Of a DNA stretch of 64,000 bases, positions 1 to 10,220 are shown in pieces. The stretch's first letter is position 1. Every line of letters begins with the position of its first letter. Both the position numbers and the translations under genes were made by a program. The stretch is from Spirochaetia bacterium (GTDB taxonomy: Bacteria; Spirochaetota; Spirochaetia; SP-2023), in contig CBDDCK010000005.1 in assembly GCA_965225855.1 (NCBI GenBank), positions 1,024,001-1,088,000 of the forward strand, read 5' to 3'. Under the pieces are notes generated by a model, which saw only the letters and a program-made list of their open reading frames with translations, was not told the origin of the DNA and did no database searches.

Positions 1-839
1 TGTGTATTATTTTGGCTGTTGTCTGAAATTTCTGCAGGAATGCTATCGCGTTTGGCCACCAAATATTCGGGGCAATAAGCCACATCAAAGCGGGCTGTTA
101 GCCGCAGGAAATATTCATAGTCCTCGGCGATTTGGATTTTTGGCTCAAAATAGCCGGCTTCGTGGCAGAGATTGCGCTGCATTAGTAAAGTCGATGGGCC
201 TATAATGCATTTTTTTAGGGCTGCTGGCCAAATTTGGCGCGGGTTTCCTTCGCGCGGGTGTTTGTGTTTTTTTTGGGATATAATTTGGGCTTGGCAATTG
301 GTGGGGAAATACGGGGGTAAAAGCAATTCAGGGTGGGGGATTTTTTGGAGAAATTGGGAGGGCAATTGGGTTGGCTGTGCTGGATTATCTAATTTCCCCT
401 TCCCCAAAGAATTATTTAGCGAAAAACGCAGCCATAATTCTCGGCAATGGATTATTTTAGCTTGGCTGTGTTGTGAGTGTTGCCATTGTTGCTCGAGTTT
501 TTGCGCTAGCCAAATATCATCACTGTCTAAAAAAGCAAGCCAAGGTTGGCTAGAACGTTGGATAGCAATATTGCGCACCGCACCTGGCATACCCAAGTGC
601 CGAGGAAGCCTTTGCAATTGCAGCAAGACTTTAGCAGCTTGGCTGGTAATCTCATTTGCTTGGCAAACTATTTGGTTAGAAATTTTTTGCAGGTTGGCAA
701 ATTCTGTTGGGCTTGAGCCATCATCTACAATGAAAATTTCGCTTGGCAATTGTGTTTGGCGGTATACCGATAGCAATGCTTGTCCCGTAAGTTGGGCCCG
801 GTTGTACGTGGGGATAATTACGCTGATTGGCAATAACAT
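1..839 (-). CDS. Glycosyltransferase family 2 protein (partial, runs off window start)
   Basis: Manual translation from ATG at 839 gives MLLPISVIIPTYNRAQLTGQALLSVYRQTQLPSEIFIVDDGS, then GMPGAVRNIAI and WLAFLDSDDIW, which are GT2 motifs. Not in the ORF track, presumably because there is no stop inside the window. Confidence 0.85.
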   Translation of the reverse strand, partial: MLLPISVIIPTYNRAQLTGQALLSVYRQTQLPSEIFIVDDGSSPTEFANLQKISNQIVCQANEITSQAAKVLLQLQRLPRHLGMPGAVRNIAIQRSSQPWLAFLDSDDIWLAQKLEQQWQHSQHSQAKIIHCRELWLRFSLNNSLGKGKLDNPAQPTQLPSQFLQKIPHPELLLPPYFPTNCQAQIISQKKHKHPREGNPRQIWPAALKKCIIGPSTLLMQRNLCHEAGYFEPKIQIAEDYEYFLRLTARFDVAYCPEYLVAKRDSIPAEISDNSQNNT

Positions 840-909
840 AATGTAAATAGTGTAAAAATGGATTTTTGCATAGCCTTTTACATATTCTTAATATTGCTAG
901 AATGTTTGC

Positions 910-2502
910 ATGCCCATGATAATCCAAAATATCCCTGTTTTTCTTGAAACCTTTTTTAGCCAGAACTGTAATGAAAATGGCTTTTTTTGGTTGGATAGTG
1001 GCAATGGCGAATATGCGAGAAAACAAGATAACGATAGCTTAGTAGATAGTTTGGCTATGGGTTCTGTGGGTCGTTTTGCTTTTTTTGGTATGATGCCCGA
1101 ACATTCTCTACAATATTTTTCCAGTGGCAAATTGCAAGAACATCAGCTGCCCAAAAAAAATATTTCTTTGGAAAAATATTGTCTGCCATATGAGTCCCTG
1201 CAAAGTTTGGAAAAATGGGCGGGGCAGTATGCTAAGATAGCCCAAAAACTGGCGGTGGACGGAAGCCCAATACCGTTTCAGGCAGGTTTGGTGGGTGGCT
1301 TTACGTATGAATTTGGTTATTACTTACACAATAACTATTTTACTTCCCAATCTTTGCAAACTTTTTGTAGCCAGAGAGAAGAGGAAATTTTATGGCAATT
1401 TTCTGTATATTCTGCGGTGTTGGCTGTAGATTTGCAATTTCAACAGCTCCATCTCTTAGGCTATCCTCATTCTCAAGCTTATCAGTGTCTGCAACAAAAA
1501 ATCGAATGTGCTGTAGAATATTCTCAAAATGTCTCTAAAGATTTTTCTAATCGTGTTACGCAAACCCAATTTCAAACTCAATTTATTTGGGCACTCCACT
1601 GTCAATATGGTTTTACACAGTATCAACAAAAATTCCACAAGGTCAAAAATTATTTGCAACAGGGGGAAATTTATCAGCTTAACTTGAGCCAAAAACTCCA
1701 TTTGTGGCTCAAATCTTCTATTTCTAATCAAATATCGAATGATGTTTTACAAGCGTTATATCTGCGATTGCGCCAGATAAATCCCGTTCCATTTGGTAGC
1801 TTTTGCCGTTTGCCCAATGGGGAAAGTATCCTTTCATTCTCTCCTGAGCGTTTTTTTCGTTTAACTGCAGCTGAAGGTTTGCTAGAGGCCCGCCCCATGA
1901 AGGGGACTCGCTCGCGAATCGATCGGCCAAATACCTACCATGAATTATGTGATAGTAAAAAAGAGCGGGCCGAATTGTTGATGATTACAGATTTACTGCG
2001 CAATGATTTATACCATATTTGCCAGAGCGAAAGCGTACAAGTTATGGGGGGAAGACCTGAGAGTTGGCCATTCTGCATTGAAGCATACCCTTATGTTTGG
2101 CAGCAAACTGCGGTTGTTCAAGGTAAACTGAAAACAAAATTTAGCTTGGATTCATTGACAAAAAGCAAGTTTATTTTGCAGTTGTGGCAAGCTTTGTTCC
2201 CCTGTGGCTCTATTACTGGGGCCCCAAAAATGCGTGCTATGGAATTAATTAGAGAATTAGAAGAAGGCCATCGCCATTGGTATACTGGCAATTGGGGCTA
2301 CATTAATGGCAACGGTAATATGGAATTTAATGTATTGATCCGTAGTTTTTACAGTGCCGAGCAAGGTCTTAATTACCACGTTGGTGGTGGCCTAGTTTGG
2401 GATTCTAAGCCGCTAGCCGAATGGCAAGAACTAAAAGCAAAGAGCCAATTTTTTTTGCAAGAATTAAAGTTACAATTTGCTCTGGATTATGACCGCTCTT
2501 AA
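910..2502 (+). CDS. pabB: Aminodeoxychorismate synthase component I / anthranilate synthase component I family
   Basis: Chorismate-binding motifs GEIYQLNL, SPERFF, RPMKGT, KERAELLMITDLLRNDL, FPCGSITGAPKMRAMELI, VGGGLVWDS. Confidence 0.85.
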   Translation: MPMIIQNIPVFLETFFSQNCNENGFFWLDSGNGEYARKQDNDSLVDSLAMGSVGRFAFFGMMPEHSLQYFSSGKLQEHQLPKKNISLEKYCLPYESLQSLEKWAGQYAKIAQKLAVDGSPIPFQAGLVGGFTYEFGYYLHNNYFTSQSLQTFCSQREEEILWQFSVYSAVLAVDLQFQQLHLLGYPHSQAYQCLQQKIECAVEYSQNVSKDFSNRVTQTQFQTQFIWALHCQYGFTQYQQKFHKVKNYLQQGEIYQLNLSQKLHLWLKSSISNQISNDVLQALYLRLRQINPVPFGSFCRLPNGESILSFSPERFFRLTAAEGLLEARPMKGTRSRIDRPNTYHELCDSKKERAELLMITDLLRNDLYHICQSESVQVMGGRPESWPFCIEAYPYVWQQTAVVQGKLKTKFSLDSLTKSKFILQLWQALFPCGSITGAPKMRAMELIRELEEGHRHWYTGNWGYINGNGNMEFNVLIRSFYSAEQGLNYHVGGGLVWDSKPLAEWQELKAKSQFFLQELKLQFALDYDRS

Positions 2503-2579
2503 CTTGCTTTCCAGCTTTGCCTACATTTCCCAAAGTTCGTGTTTGCAGTACTAGTTCTAAACAGCAGTTCTGGGGCATA

Positions 2580-2999
2580 GCCATTTTACTAGGCTTGCGT
2601 GATTGAGTCTATCGGACAACACTATGGCATCGGGCTCAATTAACGCTGGTAAAATACCGCAAAAGGTTTATTGGCTAAATAGCCACTACCAAAAATTAAA
2701 GCGGCTTCATAACAAACAGACCACTTGGCCAAATATTGCTCTAGTTGGTGGTGAATTTCTAGGTGTCCCGATAAAAGTCGTGAAGAGGACGCACTACAAC
2801 CATAGTGTTGTATTGCAGAAATATCCGCTTGTTGTAATTGGACATTTTGAGATAAATTCAGGTAATCATTGGCACAAAAGCTCAATAATTATGGCTCTGG
2901 CTTGCCGCGCGCCGCCTTAAAAGTTTCTAAGCTGCGGTATTGTTGCTGCCCATATAACTGCTGTATTATCTTATCCGGTTGCCAATATTTTCTACTCAA
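2580..2999 (-). pseudogene. bioF: 8-amino-7-oxononanoate synthase (BioF) N-terminal remnant
   Basis: QQYRSLE, then an in-frame TAA at 2889-2891, then LSFCANDYLNLS, SASSSRLLSGH, EAALIFGSGYLAN. After a frameshift comes IVLSDRLNHASLV, and the gene is then truncated. Confidence 0.8.
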
Positions 3000-3599
3000 G
3001 TAGAACTTCCGCCTTCTTTGCTGATACAGGACATGATAACTGAACGGGATAGGCGCGATAACTTGGGATTTTTTGGGACAAATGGAAGGTAAAAATTGGC
3101 TTACTTTCCAAAATAAAAAAGTAAAAAAATTTTCATTGCACGAGAAAAAGCCAGAATCCATTTTTAACACCAAACCAGAGAAAAAACGCTCAAAACTTCA
3201 AAAAGCCAAAGCGCCCCCAACCAACACCCCACCCCCCAAGCCTTCACAATAAAAACCAAACCATGCCCTAATTATGTACTTTTGAAAAGTAACAATTATG
3301 GACTAGGTCGGTCCATAGTTATCGACTTGCCTCGTCTATAGCTATGGATTGGTTGCTTTGATGGTTTATAGATTCAACTAATATTCAATGCAAATGAATT
3401 GGCATGGATTTTTAACCCCCAACCAACACTAAAAAACAACACTAACACACAAAAAAAGTACCCAAACAACCCTAACACAAAAAAACTTACAAAAAGCCTT
3501 ATATAGGCCTTGACGCAACACCCCCCCTAGCAAAATGGGGATTTACACACTAGCCCGTATGGGTTGGCCAATCTTTATCCATTTTTGGAGGTATTGCTT

Positions 3600-5405
3600 A
3601 TGTATAAGCTCAAACTATTTTTATTGCCATTAGCCTGGCTACTGGTCTTTATGGCCTTTGCCTGCGCCCCAGCCGATGACGATGCACCATCTTCTGGGCC
3701 GACTATCAATAAGGCCATCTACGACTTTGCTACGGCTATCTTAACCGTACAAGGCACGAACTTAAGTCCTACAGAAGCGCAAATCCAAACCATCGTAGTA
3801 GATGGCGTAGCTTTAGATTCCTATACTGCAGATGCCAAACCCACTGGGCCAGATAGTAGCAATCTGGCAAAAGGTAAGTACCGTATTAAAAGCGATGGCA
3901 CAGCGCTTTGGCTTAGACTTACCGATCCACATAAAGCTACTCTGAATGGCAAGGTGGATAGCAATGGTCTAAAAAAAGGGTTGCTTAGCGTTGGCTCTGG
4001 TGCTTGGGCGGGTTTAAATACACCTAAAGACTTGGACGTTAGGAATATACCCGCAGCCGAACAAGTTGATAATCAATCGCCTAAGCAAACTGAAGACGAA
4101 CAAGCTGAAGAAGAGTCGCCTAAGTTACCCGAAGCCGAACAAACCGAACAAGTTGATGATCAATCGCCTAAGCAAACTGAAGACGAACAAGCTGAAGAAG
4201 AGTCGCCTAAGTTACCCGAAGCCGAACAAACCGAAGAAGTCGATGATCAATCGCCTAAGCAACCTAAAGACGAACAAGTCGAAGAGGAGTCGCTTAAAGC
4301 CGCAATTACCCGTGCAACCTACCATGTTGGCACGGCGCTGTTAACTTTACAAGGTACTGACTTAGGTAGTGCGACCCAAGCCCAAATCCAAACCATCGTG
4401 GTAGATGGCCTAGCCTTAAGTTCCTATATTGCAGATGCCACAGCCACTGGGCTAAATAGTCGTGGTCTGGCAAAAGGTAAGTACCGCATGCATAGCGCTG
4501 GCACAGCGATTTGGCTTTACCTTACCGATACCGATAAAACTACTCTTGAGGCCAAGCCCGGTATGAATACCAATGGTCTAAAAGATGGGTTGCTTAGCGT
4601 TGGCACTGGTGCTTGGGCGGGTTTAGATACAGCCAAAGCCTTGGCCGTTAGTGGACACCCACCCGCAATTACCAGTGCAACCTACAATTCTGGTACAGGC
4701 GTGTTAGTGATTACAGGTACTAATTTACCGTCATCAGTGTGGGGCTGGGACTTCACCAAATTGAGGTTTGTCGCAGGTAATGGTCGTAAGAGTGAACCAT
4801 TATTACCGCACTACATAACCGCCGGTATAAACAGAGCCATAGGTTCTGCAGCAAGTGCAACAAGCTTAACGATTACTTTAAAGGGTAATGAAAAAAATAA
4901 AATCAATGTTATATTGGTTAAGAATGGTGATAGTGATGATGCTGGTGCATACAACCTGGAAGCAGCAGCAGGATTTGCCGGTGGTAGCGCAGCAGACACA
5001 AGCAATAACCCTATTACCGTTAGTGGGTATGTAGTCAGAATCGATGACGCAACCTACTCTGCTAATAACAGCTTGTTACGGATTTTCGGTTTCAATTTAC
5101 CGACAACATTTGCAGAGTGGGACTTTAGCAAATTGACGCTTGTATCCGGTGATGGTAAGAAGAAATACACATTACCCCAGCACGCAACCGCAGGTGAAAA
5201 CACAGCCACAGGTTTTAGGGCATTTGCAAACGTCTTAATAATTACTTTAAGCGGTAGTGTAAAAGCGGAAGCTGAGAAGATATTGGTTAAGAATGGTAAA
5301 AGTGATAATAATGGTGCATACAACCTTGAATTAGCAGCAGGATTTGTAATGGGTAGTCCAGCAGACCTAAACAATGCTATTAAAGTTTCAGGAGTTGTTG
5401 AGTAG
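3600..5405 (+). CDS. Surface lipoprotein with repeated Ig-like/adhesin-type domains and an acidic 29-aa repeat linker (paralog 1)
   Basis: RBS GGAGGT precedes ATG at 3600. Lipobox-like FMAFA-C. Four related domains begin I-x-x-A-x-Y. Acidic E/Q/P linker. Closely similar to 14686..16515. Confidence 0.8.
   Translation: MYKLKLFLLPLAWLLVFMAFACAPADDDAPSSGPTINKAIYDFATAILTVQGTNLSPTEAQIQTIVVDGVALDSYTADAKPTGPDSSNLAKGKYRIKSDGTALWLRLTDPHKATLNGKVDSNGLKKGLLSVGSGAWAGLNTPKDLDVRNIPAAEQVDNQSPKQTEDEQAEEESPKLPEAEQTEQVDDQSPKQTEDEQAEEESPKLPEAEQTEEVDDQSPKQPKDEQVEEESLKAAITRATYHVGTALLTLQGTDLGSATQAQIQTIVVDGLALSSYIADATATGLNSRGLAKGKYRMHSAGTAIWLYLTDTDKTTLEAKPGMNTNGLKDGLLSVGTGAWAGLDTAKALAVSGHPPAITSATYNSGTGVLVITGTNLPSSVWGWDFTKLRFVAGNGRKSEPLLPHYITAGINRAIGSAASATSLTITLKGNEKNKINVILVKNGDSDDAGAYNLEAAAGFAGGSAADTSNNPITVSGYVVRIDDATYSANNSLLRIFGFNLPTTFAEWDFSKLTLVSGDGKKKYTLPQHATAGENTATGFRAFANVLIITLSGSVKAEAEKILVKNGKSDNNGAYNLELAAGFVMGSPADLNNAIKVSGVVE
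4059..4298 (+). repeat. 87-bp (29-aa) coding tandem repeat, about 2.7 copies
   Basis: Unit EQVDxQSPKQTEDEQAEEESPKLPEAEQT starts at 4059, 4146 and 4233. Confidence 0.9.
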
Positions 5406-5409
5406 GGTA

Positions 5410-5759
5410 TCGTCGAACCTTCTAAAACTTTGCCCTCTATTATCGGCAATAATTCTGCCTTGAAACCCTACGTGCACCAAAATAAGATTCATCTACCTCG
5501 AAACTACCTTCCTGTAAGGATTCGCTAATATTTATCTCGACTATTTTCTTGCGAATTTTAGCAAAAATAGAATTGATGGTGTTTCGTGAGATTTTTGTGT
5601 AAACTGCGGTTTTGAGGCGGTTTCATCATGAGCAAAGCAAAATAGTAGATAATTTGCCAAAATTTGGCTTCCGAAACGTTTGTGTTTTTACAATATTTAT
5701 TTTTCATTTCCTGAACAAAACTTAGATGCTATTTTTATCATCTATTCTTGTCCAGACCC
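5410..5759 (-). mobile_element. IS1595-family remnant (left end plus 5' part of transposase, frameshifted and internally deleted)
   Basis: Terminal IR-like GGGTCTGGACAAGAATAG ends at 5759. The minus strand reads MKNKYCKNTNVSEAKFWQIIYYF, then ISRNTINSIFAKIRKKI, then FEVDESYFGARRV/SKAELLPIIEGKVLEGSTI. Confidence 0.8.
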
Positions 5760-5820
5760 TATATTTTTTTGTGAATTTACTGAAAAAAATTAGATGAAAT
5801 GTTTAGTAGGATGTTGACTA

Positions 5821-5840
5821 TATTCTTGATTATCATTTTT
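5821..5840. promoter_or_regulatory. Possible Fur/Zur-like box upstream of the metal ABC operon
   Basis: TTGATTATCATTTT, whose reverse complement AAAATGATAATCAA resembles the Fur consensus core. The match is partial and the DNA is AT-rich. Confidence 0.3.
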
Positions 5841-5895
5841 ATTTAGAATAAAGTAATTGGTTCCAATTATTATTTTTTACTTAGGAGTATTACTT

Positions 5896-7521
5896 ATGTC
5901 ATTTAAACGTAAGTTTCTTGCAATTGCCTTGTGCATTTCATTTTTAGTTATAGGAAGCGTGAATTTCGCTTTTGCTCGTGGGAGCGGTGATGTACAAAAT
6001 GCTAAAAATGAAATCACTTATGTGAATTTTCGGGATTTACGCAATCTAAGCCCCCACCAGTACGGTGGTGAAATGTTTGCACAAAATTTGTTGTACGAAT
6101 CTTTGGTGAAAATCAAAAAAGACGGTAGCTTTGCACCGTGGTTAGCAAAAAGTTGGAGCATATCCGAAGACGGTAAGACCTATGTTTTCAAGTTAAGACA
6201 AGATGTGTATTTTTCTGATGGAGAGAAGTTTAATGCCAAATCGGCAAAGGCCAACTTCGATGCTATTTTGGACAACCATAAACGACACGGTTGGTTAGAA
6301 TCTGTACGGCTTATGATGGCGGTTAAAAATGGAGGCAAAGACCCTATACAAGCTACTGGTAAGTACGAGCTTACGGTGCATTTGGCAGAGCCTTATTATC
6401 CACTTTTAATTGAGTTTGGGGTTACGAGACCTTTTCGTTTTATTTCTCCCAAGGCATTCAAAGATGGTACGACGAAAAATGGTGTTAAAGCGATGATAGG
6501 TACAGGTACTTATGTCCTCAAAAACAACAAAGTTAATGAATATTCGGTTTTTGAACGCAACGACAACTATTGGGGAGCTAAGCCAAAAATTCAAAAAATT
6601 ATCGCCAAAGTGATTCCTGATAGCCAAACGCGATTATTAGCACTACAAAATGGCGAGGTGGATTTGATCTTTGGTTCTAATATGATGGATGCGGCAGCTT
6701 ATAACCGCTTTTCTAAAATGTCTGGATTTAAGGCTTTAAAGTCTCAACCCGTTTCTGCCCGTATGATGTTGCTAAATACAACAGATGAGATTTTGAGTGA
6801 TCTGAAAGTGCGACAAGCCATACAACACGCCACAGATAAACAAAAAATCTCTTTGGGGCTTTTTGATGGTTTGGAGCTACCCGCCGATACCCTTTTTGCC
6901 AAAAATGTACCTTATGCTGATGTGGGGCTAAAACCTTATAATTTTAGCTTTGAGCAGGCGAAAAAACTTTTGGATAGTGCAGGGTGGAAAAAAGTTTCGG
7001 GCAAAAAGTATCGCTACAAAAATGGCAAAGAGCTAAAAATTACGCTAAATTACGATAGCAATAATGTTACAGAAAAAAACGTTGGCGAATTTTTACAAGG
7101 GCAGTATGCGAAAATCGGGATTAATTTGGATATCTTAGGTGAAGAAGAACAAGCTTATGAAGATAGACTGAAAACGGGAAAATTTACCTTTACCTTTAAT
7201 GTCTCTTGGGGTGTGCCTTATGACCCACAATCTTTCTTGGGTGCTATGACGCAAGATGTGTATGGGGACTACAAAGCACAAATAGGACTCAAAAATAAAA
7301 AAGAGTTGGATAAAAATATTTTATCGGCTTTGAAAAGTGTAAGCGAAGAAAAGAGACAAAAACATTATAAATATGTTTTGGAAACTTTGCACAATCAAGC
7401 GGTCTATTTACCTTTGACTTATGATGTCAATAAGGCGATTTTTAATGACAAAGTCAAAGGGGTGGGCTTTAATATCTCTAAGTTTGAAGTGCCTTTTGAA
7501 AAAATGAGTATCGAAGAATAA
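5896..7521 (+). CDS. nikA: Nickel/metallophore ABC transporter substrate-binding protein (NikA/CntA family, SBP_bac_5)
   Basis: AGGAG precedes ATG at 5896. Motifs LSPHQYGGEMFAQNLLYESLV, RHGWLE, TRPFRFISP, SWGVPYDPQSF are typical of NikA/CntA. Confidence 0.85.
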   Translation: MSFKRKFLAIALCISFLVIGSVNFAFARGSGDVQNAKNEITYVNFRDLRNLSPHQYGGEMFAQNLLYESLVKIKKDGSFAPWLAKSWSISEDGKTYVFKLRQDVYFSDGEKFNAKSAKANFDAILDNHKRHGWLESVRLMMAVKNGGKDPIQATGKYELTVHLAEPYYPLLIEFGVTRPFRFISPKAFKDGTTKNGVKAMIGTGTYVLKNNKVNEYSVFERNDNYWGAKPKIQKIIAKVIPDSQTRLLALQNGEVDLIFGSNMMDAAAYNRFSKMSGFKALKSQPVSARMMLLNTTDEILSDLKVRQAIQHATDKQKISLGLFDGLELPADTLFAKNVPYADVGLKPYNFSFEQAKKLLDSAGWKKVSGKKYRYKNGKELKITLNYDSNNVTEKNVGEFLQGQYAKIGINLDILGEEEQAYEDRLKTGKFTFTFNVSWGVPYDPQSFLGAMTQDVYGDYKAQIGLKNKKELDKNILSALKSVSEEKRQKHYKYVLETLHNQAVYLPLTYDVNKAIFNDKVKGVGFNISKFEVPFEKMSIEE

Positions 7522-7552
7522 AAAGCATTCTTAACCTACAAGCTCAAAAATA

Positions 7553-8560
7553 TTGATGAGAGATTGTCATCCTCGTGCCAAGCACGAGGATGACGAAAGG
7601 TTATTGGAGGGACTTATAACAACTTACAGTATTTTTCGTGTGTTACTGGCGATCCCTATCCTTTTTGCGGTAACTTTTGTCGCTTTTGTCTTGACGGCGT
7701 TGATGCCCTCAGACCCAGCCGAAGTCGCTTTAAGAGTCAATGAAGTTATACCGACCCCTGAAGCGGTCGCACAAATGCGTCAAGAGTTGGGATTAGATGA
7801 CCCTTTTTTGATACGCTATTTCAATTGGCTTAGCGATTTGGGGCATTTGGATTTGGGGCATTCGTATATTAATAATGATAGGACAGTCTTCGGCGAAATC
7901 ACAAGGAGCTTGCCCGCAACTTTGACCTTGGCGAGTTTCGCTTTTATTTTGGTCATTGTGATTAGTTTGCCCATTGGCGTTTTGTGTGCTGTGTTTAAAG
8001 ATAGCCTTTTTGATAAAGCGATTCGTTTTATTGTCTTTATTTTGACAGCGATGCCCAACTATTGGATGGGTCTGCTTTTGATATGGCTGTTTGCACTCAA
8101 GTTACAGCTACTCCCTACAAGTGGGGCTACTTCTCTCAAGCACTATATTTTACCAGCTGTTACCCTTAGCCTGAACTATATCGGTATGTATGTACGGCTC
8201 ATTCGCAACAGTATGTTAGATAAAATGAAAGAGGATTTTATCTTTTATACAAGGGCGAGAGGCATTAAAGAGATGAGCGTTATTGTAAAACATCTGCTCA
8301 AAAATTCCTTACAGACCTCGATAAATGCTTTGGGTATGAGTATCGTTTTACTCATTGCAGGGACTTTTGTCATTGAGAGTGTTTTTTCTATTCCGGGCAT
8401 AGGGAGATTGTGCATTTCCTCTATCTTTGATAGGGATTATCCGATGATTCAAGGCTATATCTTAATGATGGGTTTTTTGTTTGTACTGTTTAATTTGGTA
8501 GTGGATATTGTACAAGCTTATCTCGACCCTAGGCTCAGAAGAGGGACAAATAGTGTATAA
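7553..8560 (+). CDS. nikB: Nickel/peptide ABC transporter permease (NikB/CntB/OppB family)
   Basis: DPAEVAL, RQELGLDDPFLIRYFNW, EAA-loop region (FIFYTRARGI), IESVFSIPGIGRL, RDYPMIQG. Start codon uncertain (see finding). Confidence 0.85.
   Translation: MMRDCHPRAKHEDDERLLEGLITTYSIFRVLLAIPILFAVTFVAFVLTALMPSDPAEVALRVNEVIPTPEAVAQMRQELGLDDPFLIRYFNWLSDLGHLDLGHSYINNDRTVFGEITRSLPATLTLASFAFILVIVISLPIGVLCAVFKDSLFDKAIRFIVFILTAMPNYWMGLLLIWLFALKLQLLPTSGATSLKHYILPAVTLSLNYIGMYVRLIRNSMLDKMKEDFIFYTRARGIKEMSVIVKHLLKNSLQTSINALGMSIVLLIAGTFVIESVFSIPGIGRLCISSIFDRDYPMIQGYILMMGFLFVLFNLVVDIVQAYLDPRLRRGTNSV
7566..7594. repeat. Perfect 13-bp-stem hairpin (REP-like / intergenic stabiliser)
   Basis: GTCATCCTCGTGC-CAA-GCACGAGGATGAC. 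Confidence 0.7.
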
Positions 8561-8568
8561 GTTACAGT

Positions 8569-9393
8569 ATGCTAAATAAATTATTCAAAGATAAGGTCGC
8601 TACCTTTTGTCTGTGTGTGATCGTTATCGTTACGGTGATGGGGATATTTCCAGAGTTTTTTGCCACCAGCGATCCTTTAGAGCAAGATATTTTAAACAAA
8701 TACCAGCAACCTTCTTGGCAATACCCTTTAGGTACGGATAAGCTCGGACGCTGTGTCTATTCACGATTGATATTTGGCATTCAAACGACGGTATTTTTAT
8801 CCTTTTTTATTATGCTTTGTACTATCACTATTGGTACGATTGTTGGGATTATGGCAGGATTTTTTCAAGGTATCGTTGATGAGGTCATTATGCGGCTTTG
8901 TGATATTATGCTCTCTTTCCCCTCTCAAGTGATGATTTTGGCGATTGTGGGTGTTTTGGGTGTGGGTATAGAAAATGTCATTATTGCGAGTATTGCCATC
9001 ACTTGGGCTTGGTATGCACGGATGATTCGAGGTATTGTGCTCAAGTATCGTTTTAAAAATTATATGCTCTACTCTACCATCATTGGTTCTAATCGTGGCT
9101 ACATCATACGCAAACACCTACTGCCTAATATATTTGCAGAGGTGGTGGTACTCGCTACGCTTGATATTGGTTGGGTGATTATTGGTATCTCTACGCTTTC
9201 ATTTTTGGGGCTTGGCGTACAAGCACCTACGCCTGAATGGGGTGCTATGCTAAGCGATGCCAAACAGGTTATGGTGGTACATCCTGAGCAAATGTTGCCT
9301 GCGGGATTGGCGATTTTGCTGATGGTCTTTTGTTTTAATTTCATAGGCGATAGTTTGCGGGACATTATGGATCCTAAAGAGAAGCAGGGATAA
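8569..9393 (+). CDS. nikC: Nickel/peptide ABC transporter permease (NikC/CntC/OppC family)
   Basis: PLGTDKLGRCVYSRL, HLLPN, LSFLGLGVQAPTPEWGAML, FNFIGDSLRD. Confidence 0.88.
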   Translation: MLNKLFKDKVATFCLCVIVIVTVMGIFPEFFATSDPLEQDILNKYQQPSWQYPLGTDKLGRCVYSRLIFGIQTTVFLSFFIMLCTITIGTIVGIMAGFFQGIVDEVIMRLCDIMLSFPSQVMILAIVGVLGVGIENVIIASIAITWAWYARMIRGIVLKYRFKNYMLYSTIIGSNRGYIIRKHLLPNIFAEVVVLATLDIGWVIIGISTLSFLGLGVQAPTPEWGAMLSDAKQVMVVHPEQMLPAGLAILLMVFCFNFIGDSLRDIMDPKEKQG

Positions 9394-10220
9394 TGCAAAA
9401 TAGAGATATGATTTTAGAAGTTAAAAATTTAAATCTATATTTTCAAGCACACAAACAAAGCGTGCAGATTTTGCATAATATCTCTTTTGGTATGAAGGCT
9501 AATGCCTGTTTGGGTATCTTGGGTAAATCAGGCAGTGGCAAGAGTATGCTCTATAAGTCGATTATGGGGCTATTAGATGATAATTTTAGCATTACAGGTG
9601 AGGCGGTTTTTCAAGGTCAAGATTTGCTCAAGATGAGTAAAGAGCAAAAACGCCTCATTCGTGGCAATAAAATTACCGTTATTGTACAAAATCCTATGAC
9701 GGCTTTTGACCCCCTCTTTACTTTGGGTAATCAGATTTTATCAACCCTTTTGAGCCACGGTACAAAAAGCCCATCACAAGCCAAAAATGATATGTTGTTG
9801 ATGTTGGATACAATGAACATTCCCAACGCCAAAACGGTTTTGAAAAAATACCCACACGAGCTAAGCGGAGGTATGTTGCAAAGGCTTATGATAGGGGTTG
9901 CGATTTTGCCTCATCCTGTGTTGGTCATTGCCGACGAGCCGACGACGGCTATTGACTCGCTTAATCAAGCACGGGTACTCCAAGAGCTCAAACGATTAAA
10001 AAGTGAATTGGGACTTTGTATGTTGTTCATCAGCCACGATTTACACGCTTTGGCACATATTACCGATGAGATTATTGTGTTAGACAATGGAGCGATTATC
10101 GAAAGCGCCGATACCCAAGCGATACTTCATAATCCACAACAAGCACAAACAAAAGTGTTTGTACAGACGCGACAAAAATTGTTAAAAAAATTTCAACATT
10201 GTAGACAAGGCGGTTTGTAA
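9393..10220 (+). CDS. nikD: ABC transporter ATP-binding protein (NikD/CntD family)
   Basis: Walker A GKSGSGKS, YPHELSGGMLQR, IADEPTTAID, FISHD. Confidence 0.88.
   Translation: MQNRDMILEVKNLNLYFQAHKQSVQILHNISFGMKANACLGILGKSGSGKSMLYKSIMGLLDDNFSITGEAVFQGQDLLKMSKEQKRLIRGNKITVIVQNPMTAFDPLFTLGNQILSTLLSHGTKSPSQAKNDMLLMLDTMNIPNAKTVLKKYPHELSGGMLQRLMIGVAILPHPVLVIADEPTTAIDSLNQARVLQELKRLKSELGLCMLFISHDLHALAHITDEIIVLDNGAIIESADTQAILHNPQQAQTKVFVQTRQKLLKKFQHCRQGGL

Noticed and set aside
172..846. 224-aa plus-strand ORF (also 2..205 and 721..1026)
   Set aside because: Shadow frames of the minus-strand GT2 gene, which carries the recognisable motifs.
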